IMG/VR virus record: IMGVR_UViG_3300022752_000014 | From: a virus | Taxonomy: Duplodnaviria; Caudoviricetes | Length of the DNA: 64,000 nt | Direction: 5' to 3' (one strand) | In this document: in pieces, positions 38,566 to 48,426 of the stretch | Layout: every line of letters starts with the position of its first letter | Numbering within the stretch: position 1 is the stretch's first letter | Made by a program: the position numbers and the translations under genes | The notes under the pieces: model-generated | What the model was told of the DNA's origin: nothing | Databases searched by the model: none | The model's input: only the letters and a program-made list of their open reading frames with translations

Positions 38566-39858
38566 ATGAAGAGTTTTTTCCAATTTTTATCAGAGGCAGC
38601 ACAATCGCAAGCATCAATGCAAGCGAAGAAACTTGGATTGACTGGTGATGGCCACGGCGGTTGGATAGACCGTAGCGGAAAAACTGTAGCGAGAACAGAT
38701 AAAGGCAAACTCAAATTCATTGATGGTCGTCAAGCAAATGGTGCCGAAGAACCAGCACCTGCAGCACAACCAGCAGCACCTGCACCAATGCCTCAACAGG
38801 CAGCACCTGCATCTGCACCACAACCTCAAGCAGCACCAGCGGGAGCACAGGCACCTGAGGAACAACCTCAAGAACTTCCACCACTCACCATTGTATTTGG
38901 TCGCTTCAATCCACCAACAGTAGGGCACGAAAAACTTCTTAAGTCTGCGAAGAGAATTTCGGGTGGAGGAGACATTAAGATTTATCCTTCAAGAACTCAA
39001 GATCCTAAGAAGAACCCATTAGACCCGAGTAAGAAGGTTGGGTATATGAAGAAGATGTTCCCTGAGTTTAAGGATAACATCATCAATGACCCTGAGATGA
39101 AATCAATTTTCAATGTTCTTGTAACTGCAAACGAAGACGGATATACTTCAGTCAATATCGTTGTTGGTTCAGATCGTCAGGCAGAGTTTGAAAATCTAGC
39201 GCAAAAATATAATGGAGACCTATATGACTTTGATCAAATCCGTGTAATCTCTGCTGGTGCTCGTGATGCTGATGCTGAAGGTATTGAAGGAATGTCAGCA
39301 TCTAAAATGAGAAAAGCAGTGATGGACGATGACTTCAAATCTTTCCGCAGAGGAACTCCAAAAACTTTGAGTGATGGTGAAACACAATCACTTTTCAATG
39401 CAGTTCGCCAAGCGATGGGAGTTAAGAAGGCAAAGGTCAAGAAGGAAAATTATTCTTTATGGGAAGTTGCTCCAAAATTTGATATGAAAAATCTTCGTGA
39501 GAATTATGTATTAGGAAACATTTTTAGAATCGGAGACAGTGTTCAAAACTTGAATACTGGATTAGTTGGTGAAGTCATTCGTAGAGGAACGAACCATCTT
39601 ATCTGTGTAACTGAAGAAGGTTATATGTTCAAGTCCTGGATTAAGGATGTGATGGAATATACTGAAGTCAAAATGGATAAGACATATAGACTTCCTGGAA
39701 AACCAAATACTCTTGCTGGAACCACTGGGTATTTGAAATATGCAAAACAACAAACACCAGGATCTACTTTAGGAAAACAAAATCTTCAATCTGGCGGTAA
39801 GGCATTTTTAGACAAATTTATAAATAAGTATAAGAAAGAAAAAGTACGTACTTATTAA
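38566..39858 (+). CDS. HIGH-family cytidylyl/nucleotidyltransferase with capsid-targeting-like N-terminus and P/A/Q linker
   Basis: FGRFNPPTVGHEKL, VVGSDR, MSASKMR; starts MKSFFQFLSEA; TAAATA at 38540. Confidence 0.85.
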   Translation: MKSFFQFLSEAAQSQASMQAKKLGLTGDGHGGWIDRSGKTVARTDKGKLKFIDGRQANGAEEPAPAAQPAAPAPMPQQAAPASAPQPQAAPAGAQAPEEQPQELPPLTIVFGRFNPPTVGHEKLLKSAKRISGGGDIKIYPSRTQDPKKNPLDPSKKVGYMKKMFPEFKDNIINDPEMKSIFNVLVTANEDGYTSVNIVVGSDRQAEFENLAQKYNGDLYDFDQIRVISAGARDADAEGIEGMSASKMRKAVMDDDFKSFRRGTPKTLSDGETQSLFNAVRQAMGVKKAKVKKENYSLWEVAPKFDMKNLRENYVLGNIFRIGDSVQNLNTGLVGEVIRRGTNHLICVTEEGYMFKSWIKDVMEYTEVKMDKTYRLPGKPNTLAGTTGYLKYAKQQTPGSTLGKQNLQSGGKAFLDKFINKYKKEKVRTY

Positions 39859-39859
39859 G

Positions 39860-41497
39860 ATGTCTATCAATCCTCTGAATGATATTTCCAGAGTGTATCT
39901 GGAACAGGTTGCCGCAGAAGCATTTGTCGATCCAGAGCACGGTGAGGCACCTAGCGGAAGAACCCCCCTTCAAAATGTATCTGATCATCCAAAAGCATCT
40001 GTGAGAAAAAGGGCGGTTGGTGCATTTAAGAAGCAGATGGGTAAGGAGTATGGTGGAACTTGGAAGTCAAGATCAAAAGACCCGGTTGATGAAGCAGCAA
40101 AACCAGATTACTTAGATTTTGACAAAGATGGCGATGAAAAAGAATCAATGAAGAAGGCTTTAAAGGACAAAGCAAAGAAAAAAATAGAAGAAGCAAAGAA
40201 AGAAAAACCAAAGCGTTGGTGGGATGATGATGGTGATAATATTGGATATGAACCCGGCGAAGTGTCTGGTAAATTTAAGAAAAAAGTTGCAAAAGAAGGA
40301 TTCTCAAATTGGAGAGAAGAATTGATTGAAGTTGTTGATAAAATTGAAACCAATAAAACTAAGGATCAGAGAATAACTGAAAAGGAAGTTAATAACAAAA
40401 TTGTAATCAATCCTAAACTTGACCTTGGTGAAGCGATTGAAAACTTGGGTGGTCAATTGCTTGAGATGGTTGAAATTGAAAGTTTTGATTCTATTTTTGA
40501 TGACCTTTCTGAATCTGAAATCTTTTTACTATCTGATGATTTAATTGAAGAAGTTGTAGAGGAGTTTTTTCAAGAGTGCCTAGAAGAAGGTTATGACGCT
40601 GAGTATATTGAAAATACTTTGGTAGAATCAATTGAACTTTCTGCTGCTCTGTTGAATGAAGCAAAAGTAACTCTTGGTCACGATACCCAAATCAAGAGTG
40701 ATAGACTTGAAAAAGTAAAAACTGCTGTTAAGAAAGTTGGTGGTGCTGTTGCCCGTGGTGCTGGGTATGTCGCCGGTGCTGCAGTGAGAGGAGCAAAAGC
40801 GGCAGGTAGAGAATTTGCTGCTGGATATGCTAGAGGTAGGGGAGGTTCTTCTTCTCAAGCATCTGCCCCTTCATCATCAACTGCTTCAAGCACTGGTTCT
40901 TCAAGACCAGGACTCCTTGGAAGAATTGGTTCTGCTCTTAAGAGTGGATTGAAGAGAGCTGTTGCAAAAGGAGCAAGAGCAGTTTCCAGAGGAGCAAGAA
41001 ATGTTGCTCGTAGAATGGAAACCGGAGAAGCACCAAAGGCAGCAACTCCAACTCCAACAACACCAAAAGCAGCAGCAAAACAAAAAGCACCTTCTAAGAG
41101 CAAAAGGGGTCAGTTAAGTTCAAAAGCAGATGAACTCCTTGCTGATATTAGAAAAGAGGAGACTCAACTTGACGAAAAAACACTGACTTCTGCTGAAACT
41201 AAAGAAAAGGAAAGAATTGTAAAATCTATGAAAGATAAGGCAGCAGATTTTGAAAAGAGATACCCTGGTCGTGGTAAAGAAGTGATGTATGCTACTGCTA
41301 CTAAAATGGCGAAGAAAGTAGCGGAGCAAGCTATGGAACTTCAACCAAAAACCCAACCACAAACAGCACAACCAGACCCAAAAGCAAAAGTTGCTGCACA
41401 GAGAGCAAAGTCTGCCGAGATTAACATTCTCCAAAGAAGACTTCAAGCAATCCGTCAAACTCCTGCTGGAACACCAGTATCTGGAATTGGTGGTTGA
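39860..41497 (+). CDS. Late mosaic hypothetical protein (probable internal head protein)
   Basis: 545 aa; TATAAATA at 39819; alternating acidic and basic segments. Confidence 0.7.
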   Translation: MSINPLNDISRVYLEQVAAEAFVDPEHGEAPSGRTPLQNVSDHPKASVRKRAVGAFKKQMGKEYGGTWKSRSKDPVDEAAKPDYLDFDKDGDEKESMKKALKDKAKKKIEEAKKEKPKRWWDDDGDNIGYEPGEVSGKFKKKVAKEGFSNWREELIEVVDKIETNKTKDQRITEKEVNNKIVINPKLDLGEAIENLGGQLLEMVEIESFDSIFDDLSESEIFLLSDDLIEEVVEEFFQECLEEGYDAEYIENTLVESIELSAALLNEAKVTLGHDTQIKSDRLEKVKTAVKKVGGAVARGAGYVAGAAVRGAKAAGREFAAGYARGRGGSSSQASAPSSSTASSTGSSRPGLLGRIGSALKSGLKRAVAKGARAVSRGARNVARRMETGEAPKAATPTPTTPKAAAKQKAPSKSKRGQLSSKADELLADIRKEETQLDEKTLTSAETKEKERIVKSMKDKAADFEKRYPGRGKEVMYATATKMAKKVAEQAMELQPKTQPQTAQPDPKAKVAAQRAKSAEINILQRRLQAIRQTPAGTPVSGIGG

Positions 41498-41542
41498 TAA
41501 ATCCTAAATAGGACAGGATACACTCTTTATACGGAGGTCATT

Positions 41543-41722
41543 ATGTCAGCACTCGTCGCTTGGTGTCTTGCTAATCAGGCTCTAATCGCAACCGTTTTGT
41601 TTGCGGTTTCTGAGGCACTGGGAGCAAACCCAAAAGTAAAATCAAATGGCATTCTTTCACTCATTCTTCTACAAGCACAAGCACAGTTGAAGAAGAAGGG
41701 TGCAACAGATTTAACTCCTTGA
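41543..41722 (+). CDS. Small membrane protein (59 aa), holin-like candidate
   Basis: Read by hand; GGAGG RBS; late promoter at 41505; hydrophobic N-terminus and basic C-terminus. Confidence 0.65.
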   Translation: MSALVAWCLANQALIATVLFAVSEALGANPKVKSNGILSLILLQAQAQLKKKGATDLTP

Positions 41723-41740
41723 TTTAATCAATTAAAATTT

Positions 41741-41772
41741 ACAGAGACCCTTTTTCAGGGTCTCTGTTTTTT
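41741..41772 (+). terminator. Intrinsic terminator followed by late promoter TATAAATA (41772-41779)
   Basis: ACAGAGACCCT-tttt-cAGGGTCTCTGT + T-run. Confidence 0.85.
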
Positions 41773-41813
41773 ATAAATATTTCTAAGAAATTTAACCTTA
41801 CGGAAGAAAGAAC

Positions 41814-42575
41814 ATGGCACTCTGGGGAAATAATGATGCTAAAGGTTCAGGGGGAACAGTATCTCTAGACTATTCTACTGGTGTAGTAACTGGTTCTGGA
41901 ACCACCTTTGGTCAAGTTGGTGCTGCTGCAACTGGAGATATTATTCGCTTTGGTAGCAGAACTGGAACTTACTATGGTGATGCTGTAATTGTTGGCATTG
42001 CCAGCACCACCCAATTATCAATTGGAAGAACTTGTGGTTTAAGTGGTGCAGCAATTTCTGGAGTTCAATTTGATATTAGCGAACTTCCAAAATATACAAT
42101 TAAGGATCCAAGATATCAACAAATTTTTACTGATCCTACCGAAACTTCTCTTGCTCTTGAAACTACCGCATCTTTAACTGCTGGTATTGGAACTAATATT
42201 GTTGCAATTGCTAGCACTTCTGGAATTATTGTTGGAGATACTTTAGTAAGTAATAGTGTTTCTAAAGTTGTTACTTCCATTGCTTCAACAACGGTTTCTC
42301 TTGCATCTACAATTGCCACGGCAATTACTGCAGGAAGTTTAGTTAGATTTACTAGAGTCACTGGTGGATATGAAGCATCAATTTATGGTGTTGCTGAAGG
42401 TGGAATGGATTCTGCCGCTACAACCAGATATGAACTATCCCACGAGGGATGGGTTGGTATTCAAACCTATATGGATGCTGAAGGTAATCTAAGAGTTAAG
42501 AAAGAAACTCTTGTAGCAATGTCTGGCATCACCACTGGCAATACTCCACTTTATGATTCTAATCCACTAGTCTGA
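41814..42575 (+). CDS. Late virion structural protein (MALWG family)
   Basis: T/G/S-rich, MALWGNND start, C-terminal HEGWVG..RVKKETLVAM. Confidence 0.7.
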   Translation: MALWGNNDAKGSGGTVSLDYSTGVVTGSGTTFGQVGAAATGDIIRFGSRTGTYYGDAVIVGIASTTQLSIGRTCGLSGAAISGVQFDISELPKYTIKDPRYQQIFTDPTETSLALETTASLTAGIGTNIVAIASTSGIIVGDTLVSNSVSKVVTSIASTTVSLASTIATAITAGSLVRFTRVTGGYEASIYGVAEGGMDSAATTRYELSHEGWVGIQTYMDAEGNLRVKKETLVAMSGITTGNTPLYDSNPLV

Positions 42576-42581
42576 TAATAT

Positions 42582-42974
42582 ATGATCTTTAATGAATTGA
42601 ACGAGGACAACTTCCTCTTATTCGCTATTAAAAATTATGAAAATCCTCAGGCAGTAACCAGAGAAGATTTTGAAAAGGACTTAAATCATTTCAAGTATAT
42701 TAAAAGACTCTTGAAGCGATACAAGAATACAGGTGAGCTAAAAACTCACCTTCTTCTTAATCACTTTATTGTTCTTTATAATATTTTTGGCGAAGCAACA
42801 ACTCCAATGTTATTTTTTAAAATTGAAAAAGATTTATGGTCATCTATGAAAAGTTTTATTATTTTTTTGAATAGACTTCCAGAATACCCTAAATCAAGTA
42901 TTCATGATATAAAAGTCGATCTAGACTGTTTATCCGAACTTAATAAAATCTACAATGGATCCCAAGAAACTTGA
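42582..42974 (+). CDS. Conserved T4-like hypothetical protein
   Basis: NFLLFAIKNYENPQ, LLLNHFIVLYNIFG. Confidence 0.75.
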   Translation: MIFNELNEDNFLLFAIKNYENPQAVTREDFEKDLNHFKYIKRLLKRYKNTGELKTHLLLNHFIVLYNIFGEATTPMLFFKIEKDLWSSMKSFIIFLNRLPEYPKSSIHDIKVDLDCLSELNKIYNGSQET

Positions 42975-43179
42975 TAAAATTATTTCAATAGTCAGAGAGC
43001 AAATGGTTGCAAATGCTCCAGGAGGTTCTGGTGGTTTTAGTGGTTCAGCAGATCCTAAGGGACCTGTTGCTGGATTTGATCCTGTTATGAAATTTGATGG
43101 CAGAGGTAAATTGGCTAGAAGATTGCCTCCTCCATATCGTGCTGACTTAATTAAAAAGAAAAAGAAGTCAACCCCATAA
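42955..43179 (+). CDS. Hypothetical protein (74 aa)
   Basis: GGFSGSADPKGPVAGFDP; overlaps the upstream ORF. Confidence 0.6.
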   Translation: MDPKKLDKIISIVREQMVANAPGGSGGFSGSADPKGPVAGFDPVMKFDGRGKLARRLPPPYRADLIKKKKKSTP

Positions 43180-43184
43180 ACGCC

Positions 43185-43532
43185 ATGTTCGGTCAAGACT
43201 CAAAAATTAAAGTTGCAGTTCTTGAAGAGAGAGTTAAAATTCATGAGGAAATGGTAGAGCGCGTAGATGCTGCCATTACAACTCTCAGTGAAACTAATCA
43301 AAACATCTGCAAAATGCTAGCAGTTCATGATGAAAGAATTTTCAACTGTGCTAGAAACGATGAAGATACTAATGAGAAGATTGGAAAACTTGAAACTAAA
43401 GTTGATGAACTCTCTAAATTTAGATGGATGGCAGCGGGTGTTGTAGCACTTGCTTTGTTATTTGTTCCCGTTGTAACAGATTTTATTACTTCATCTCTAA
43501 ATTCAGTCACAGAACAAGTAAAAAATAAATAA
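43185..43532 (+). CDS. Coiled-coil protein with a C-terminal transmembrane segment
   Basis: VAVLEERV..LAVHDERI; WMAAGVVALALLFVPVV. Confidence 0.65.
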   Translation: MFGQDSKIKVAVLEERVKIHEEMVERVDAAITTLSETNQNICKMLAVHDERIFNCARNDEDTNEKIGKLETKVDELSKFRWMAAGVVALALLFVPVVTDFITSSLNSVTEQVKNK

Positions 43533-43554
43533 TTGAGTGTTGGCACTTGCTGCC

Positions 43555-43662
43555 ATGAAAACTAAAAAGAAACTGTCCGCTTACTCTCTTCAAAAAATAA
43601 CAAACTCTGTTATAAAATGGACAGGAATTATGACGTATTTTTGCCTTGACAAGGCGCGATAG
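43555..43662 (+). CDS. Possible 35 aa basic peptide
   Basis: Read by hand (MKTKKKLSAYSLQK...); overlaps the primase promoter. Confidence 0.35.
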   Translation: MKTKKKLSAYSLQKITNSVIKWTGIMTYFCLDKAR

Positions 43663-43673
43663 TCTGATAGAAT
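43646..43673 (+). promoter_or_regulatory. Sigma70-type promoter for primase-nrdAB
   Basis: TTGACA-N16-TAGAAT. Confidence 0.65.
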
Positions 43674-43696
43674 AGATAGACCTTGAAGATTTGATT

Positions 43697-44665
43697 ATGG
43701 ATTATGTTGATGTTAAATACATCAATCTGATTTCTGCGCGATTTCAAAAGTTTAAAAAGGTAAAGAATAATCTTTATAACTTTCGATGTCCCATTTGTGG
43801 AGATTCCCAGAAGAACAGGAACAAGGCAAGGGGATATTTGTATCAAGTCAAGAATAATACAAACTTCAAGTGTCATAACTGTGGAGTTAATATCTCTTTC
43901 AATAATTTTCTGAAAGAGATAGATTCAGTTATTCATAAACAATATACATTTGAAAAATTTAAAGAGGGTCATACTGGTAGAAATTTCACTGTAGAAGAAC
44001 CAGTGTTTCAATTTGAAGTACCAAAGTTTAAACCAAAGTTAGACTTACCAAAAGCATCAGAAAATCCTGACGCAAAAGAATATCTAGTAAGGAGAAAGTT
44101 AAATCCGGATAAATTCTATTACACCGATAAATTTAAATCGTGGACAAATTCTATTAAGAAAGTCTTCGATGATACAACTAAAGATGAACCTAGGATTATT
44201 ATTCCTTTGTTCTATCAAAATACTCTTGTTGGATTTCAGGGTAGAGCACTTGGTCCCAGCAAGATTAAATACATTACTGTGATGCTTAATGATGACGCAC
44301 CAAAAATATATGGGCTCGATGAAATTGAAAAGAACAAAACTGTATACATTACCGAAGGACCTTTCGACTCAACATTCATTTGTAATGCGATTGCTATGTG
44401 CGGAGCTGATGCTGATGTTAGTAAGTGGGGGATTAGCAATCCTGTTTGGATCTATGATAATGAACCACGGAACACAGAAATCGTATCCAGAATCTCCCGC
44501 ACCCTTGATAAAGGAGAAAACATCGTCATTTGGCCATCTAGTGTAAAAGAAAAAGATATTAATGATATGGTTTTATCTGGACTAGATGTTCAGTCTGTGA
44601 TAGAATTAAATACTTATTCTGGATTAGAAGCAAAACTTAAATTTACCACCTGGAAGAAAATATGA
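43697..44665 (+). CDS. gp61: DNA primase
   Basis: RCPICGDS..KCHNCG zinc finger, TEGPFDS, YDNEPRN, KDIND TOPRIM motifs. Confidence 0.96.
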   Translation: MDYVDVKYINLISARFQKFKKVKNNLYNFRCPICGDSQKNRNKARGYLYQVKNNTNFKCHNCGVNISFNNFLKEIDSVIHKQYTFEKFKEGHTGRNFTVEEPVFQFEVPKFKPKLDLPKASENPDAKEYLVRRKLNPDKFYYTDKFKSWTNSIKKVFDDTTKDEPRIIIPLFYQNTLVGFQGRALGPSKIKYITVMLNDDAPKIYGLDEIEKNKTVYITEGPFDSTFICNAIAMCGADADVSKWGISNPVWIYDNEPRNTEIVSRISRTLDKGENIVIWPSSVKEKDINDMVLSGLDVQSVIELNTYSGLEAKLKFTTWKKI

Positions 44666-46959
44666 GCAACGGAACCAAAGTTAAAAAGCGTGATGGACGT
44701 ATTGAGTCTCTTGACCTAGAGAAAATGCATTTAATGGTCGAAGAGGCGTGTAAAGGTCTTGCAGGCGTCTCTGCGAGTCAAGTAGAAATGAAGTCTGGTA
44801 TTCAATTTTATGACGGCATTACAACTGCAGAGATTCAGGAGATTCTAATTCGTTCTGCTTCTGACCTGATTGATCTGGACCATCCCAATTATCAATTCGT
44901 TGCTGCTCGTCTGCTCCTTTTTGCTGTTCGTAAGCAACTTTATGGGAAGATGAAGGAACTTCCTCATCTTGAACAGCATATTTACACCTGCACAAACATT
45001 GATGTATATGATAAAGACATCTTTGCAAAATATTCACGAGAAGAAATTGATAAAGCTAATTCGTTTATTGATCATGATCGTGACTATCTGTTCACTTATG
45101 CGGGTCTACGTCAAGTCGTTGACAAGTATCTTGTGCAGGACAGGAGTAATGGTGGAGTATATGAAACTCCACAGTTCATGTATATGATGATTGCGCTGAC
45201 TATCTTTGCAGAATATCCCAAAGAAACCAGAATGTCATACGTCAGGAGGTACTATGACGCAATCTCCAAGCACAAAATCAACATTCCAACTCCCATCATG
45301 GCAGGAGTGCGGACACCACTGCGACAATTTGCTAGTTGTGTTCTTGTTGATGTTGATGACACCCTCGATAGCATCGGTAGTAGCGACTTGGCTATTATGC
45401 GCTATGTTGCTCAAAGGGCGGGAATCGGTATCAACGCAGGCAGAATCCGTGGTATCAATAGCAAAATCAGAGGCGGAGAAGTTGCTCATACTGGGGTTAT
45501 CCCATTCCTCAAGAAGTTTGAAGCAACTGTGCGATGCTGTACACAGAATGGCATCAGAGGTGGAAGCGCAACGGTCCACTTCCCAATCTGGCACCAAGAA
45601 ATAGAAGATATTCTTGTTCTTAAAAATAACAAGGGTACGGAAGATAACCGCGTCCGTAAACTTGACTACTCAATTCAAATTAGCAAGTTGTTCTATGAAA
45701 GATTTATTCAAGACGGTGAGATCACACTTTTCTCTCCGCACGATGTCCCTGGACTTTATGATAGCTTTGGACTCCCTGAGTTTGACGCTCTCTACGTACA
45801 ATATGAAAAAGATCCGTCCGTTAAGAAAAAAACTCTTAAGGCGCAAGAACTCATCCTTAACCTTCTTAAGGAACGTGCGGAGACGGGTCGCGTCTACATT
45901 ATGAACATTGACCATTGCAACTCTCACTCCTCATTTAAAGATAAGGTGAATATGTCTAATCTCTGTCAAGAGATTACTCTACCAACCTATCCCATCAATC
46001 ATATTGATGATAAGTTTGGTGAGATTGCATTGTGTATTCTTTCTGCTATTAACGTTGGAAAGGTAAAGTCTGATGAAGAACTTGAGGAACTTTGTGATCT
46101 GTCTGTTCGTGGACTTGATGAGTTGATTGACTATCAGAAGTACCCCGTAGAGGCAGCAGAAATCGCCACCAAGGCGCGTCGTTCCCTTGGCATAGGGTTT
46201 ATTGGTCTTGCCCATTATTTGGCAAAACTTGGATTTAATTATGATTCTCAAGAAGCATGGGATGCAGTCCATGGACTCTCAGAGTCATTCCAGTATTATC
46301 TACTGAAAGCATCCAACCAACTTGCCAAAGAAAAGGGACACTGTGAATACTTTGGTCGCACAAAGTATGCGGATAGTCTTCTTCCGATTGATACATACAA
46401 AAAAGATGTAGACGAAATCACTTCAGTTTCTTACCAACATGATTGGGAATCTCTCAGAGCGTCTATCCTGGAGCACGGGTTACGGCACTCAACACTGTCC
46501 GCACAGATGCCATCGGAGAGCAGTTCCGTTGTGTCAAACGCAACCAACGGAATCGAACCACCTCGCGGATACTTGTCCATTAAGAAGTCGAAGAAGGGAC
46601 CACTCAAGCAAATCGTTCCTCAGTATCATACCCTTAAGAACAATTACACGTTACTGTGGGATATGCCTAGCAATCGTGGGTATATCAATATTGTTGCTGT
46701 TATGCAGAAGTTCTTTGATCAGGCGATTTCTGGAAACTGGTCCTATAACCCAGAGAATTATGAGGATAATGAAGTCCCAGTGTCCGTGATGGCACAAGAC
46801 TTTCTGACTACATACAAGTATGGGTGGAAAACTTCTTACTACCAAAACACTCACGATATGAAGAATGATGAGGTAGAAGAAGAAAAACCCAAACTTCAAG
46901 ATTTGCTAAGTGAGTTAAGTTCAGTAGAGGAGGGAGAGTGTGAATCCTGTGCAGTTTAA
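44662..46959 (+). CDS. nrdA: Ribonucleotide reductase class Ia, alpha subunit
   Basis: ATP cone (VKKRDG), PTPIMAG, SCVL, SNLCQEI, AQMPSESSS. Confidence 0.98.
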   Translation: MSNGTKVKKRDGRIESLDLEKMHLMVEEACKGLAGVSASQVEMKSGIQFYDGITTAEIQEILIRSASDLIDLDHPNYQFVAARLLLFAVRKQLYGKMKELPHLEQHIYTCTNIDVYDKDIFAKYSREEIDKANSFIDHDRDYLFTYAGLRQVVDKYLVQDRSNGGVYETPQFMYMMIALTIFAEYPKETRMSYVRRYYDAISKHKINIPTPIMAGVRTPLRQFASCVLVDVDDTLDSIGSSDLAIMRYVAQRAGIGINAGRIRGINSKIRGGEVAHTGVIPFLKKFEATVRCCTQNGIRGGSATVHFPIWHQEIEDILVLKNNKGTEDNRVRKLDYSIQISKLFYERFIQDGEITLFSPHDVPGLYDSFGLPEFDALYVQYEKDPSVKKKTLKAQELILNLLKERAETGRVYIMNIDHCNSHSSFKDKVNMSNLCQEITLPTYPINHIDDKFGEIALCILSAINVGKVKSDEELEELCDLSVRGLDELIDYQKYPVEAAEIATKARRSLGIGFIGLAHYLAKLGFNYDSQEAWDAVHGLSESFQYYLLKASNQLAKEKGHCEYFGRTKYADSLLPIDTYKKDVDEITSVSYQHDWESLRASILEHGLRHSTLSAQMPSESSSVVSNATNGIEPPRGYLSIKKSKKGPLKQIVPQYHTLKNNYTLLWDMPSNRGYINIVAVMQKFFDQAISGNWSYNPENYEDNEVPVSVMAQDFLTTYKYGWKTSYYQNTHDMKNDEVEEEKPKLQDLLSELSSVEEGECESCAV

Positions 46960-48124
46960 AATTTCTTCCACAGAAGAAACCCAAATCAAAGGAATGACGG
47001 TTTTTAATACTGAAAAAGTTGATACTAAAAAACAACCAATGTTTTTTGGACAACCTCTTGGAATTCAGAGATACGATTCATACAAATATCCTGTATTTGA
47101 TAAACTAACCACTCAGCAACTTGGATACTTCTGGAGACCCGAAGAGGTGTCTCTCCAGAAGGATCGTGGAGATTATCAGACTCTTCGCCCAGAACAAAAG
47201 CATATCTATACTTCTAATTTGAAGTATCAGATTATGCTTGATTCTGTTCAAGGTCGTGGTCCTGGCATGGCATTCATTCCATACTGCTCACTTCCTGAAT
47301 TGGAAGCATGTATGGAAGTGTGGGGATTTATGGAGATGATTCATAGTCGCTCATACACTTACATCATTAAAAATGTCTATTCAGACCCCAGTGAGGTGTT
47401 TGATACTATCATCAAAGATGAGCGTATTCTGGAACGTGCTAAGACCGTTACAGAGTCTTATGATGACTTTATTCAATCAGCACAAAACTATGGAACTTCC
47501 AACGACTGGATGTTCAGACTTGAAGGAGTTCAAAACGCAAAAGAAACACTCAACGATGTCAAACGAAAACTGTACAGAGCAGTCGCAAACGTTAACATTC
47601 TTGAAGGTATTCGGTTCTACGTTAGTTTTGCTTGTAGTTTCGCCTTTGGCGAACTTAAGCTTATGGAAGGATCCGCTAAGATCATCTCTCTTATCGCAAG
47701 AGACGAAAACCAACATCTAGCCATTACTCAGAATATTCTGAACAAATGGCGTGATGGTGATGATCCAGAAATGAAGCAAATTATGAAAGAAGAGGAAGAG
47801 TGGACGTATAAAATGTTTGACCGTGCTGTAAACGAAGAAAAGAAATGGGCAGATTATCTGTTCAAAGATGGCAGCATGATTGGACTGAACGATAAACTTC
47901 TTCAACAATACGTAGAATGGATTGCAAATAGAAGACTTAAAGCAATTGGGTTAAAGCCCCAGTATGATATTTCAGCAAACAATAACCCACTTCCTTGGAC
48001 ACAGCACTGGATTTCTTCCAAAGGTCTTCAGGTTGCTCCCCAGGAAACTGAGGTAGAATCATATGTTGTAGGCGGAATTAAACAGGATGTTACCAAAAAT
48101 ACTTTCTCAGGATTCAAACTATGA
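46940..48124 (+). CDS. nrdB: Ribonucleotide reductase class Ia, beta subunit
   Basis: FWRPEEV, EMIHSRSY, EGIRFY, DENQH, APQETEVESY. Confidence 0.98.
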   Translation: MNPVQFKISSTEETQIKGMTVFNTEKVDTKKQPMFFGQPLGIQRYDSYKYPVFDKLTTQQLGYFWRPEEVSLQKDRGDYQTLRPEQKHIYTSNLKYQIMLDSVQGRGPGMAFIPYCSLPELEACMEVWGFMEMIHSRSYTYIIKNVYSDPSEVFDTIIKDERILERAKTVTESYDDFIQSAQNYGTSNDWMFRLEGVQNAKETLNDVKRKLYRAVANVNILEGIRFYVSFACSFAFGELKLMEGSAKIISLIARDENQHLAITQNILNKWRDGDDPEMKQIMKEEEEWTYKMFDRAVNEEKKWADYLFKDGSMIGLNDKLLQQYVEWIANRRLKAIGLKPQYDISANNNPLPWTQHWISSKGLQVAPQETEVESYVVGGIKQDVTKNTFSGFKL

Positions 48125-48251
48125 TGAGTGGTGTGAACAGGCAATTCTAAATGCCTATCAAGAGGCAGCAGAATGCGATGAGTTTATGTTTGGAGATTAT
48201 GACTATTGTAAAGAGTGGATGAGTAATAATGACTACATAGAGGAGCAATAG
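48087..48251 (+). CDS. Acidic hypothetical protein (54 aa, MLPKILSQDSNYDEWCEQ...)
   Basis: Read by hand; overlaps the nrdB 3' end. Confidence 0.5.
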   Translation: MLPKILSQDSNYDEWCEQAILNAYQEAAECDEFMFGDYDYCKEWMSNNDYIEEQ

Positions 48252-48264
48252 TCTCCTCTTTTTT

Positions 48265-48426
48265 ATGTCTAAGAATTCGGTATCAAAAGAAGAACTCAAG
48301 GTCCGTGTCTTAAAACTCAAGAATCAACTTCATACAGAGCACGTTAGACACGATATGGATATGAAAGGACTTGCTCATAAATATCTGGACGAAGTGTTAC
48401 ATATTCTTGATGAGTATAGATATTGA
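48265..48426 (+). CDS. Hypothetical protein (53 aa, MSKNSVSKEELKVRV...)
   Basis: Read by hand; fills the gap and overlaps the next start. Confidence 0.55.
   Translation: MSKNSVSKEELKVRVLKLKNQLHTEHVRHDMDMKGLAHKYLDEVLHILDEYRY

Noticed and set aside
28515-48124. Introns or inteins in gp43, uvsX, gp41, gp61, nrdA, nrdB
   Set aside because: All are continuous and of ordinary length, with no intein C1 or HN motifs
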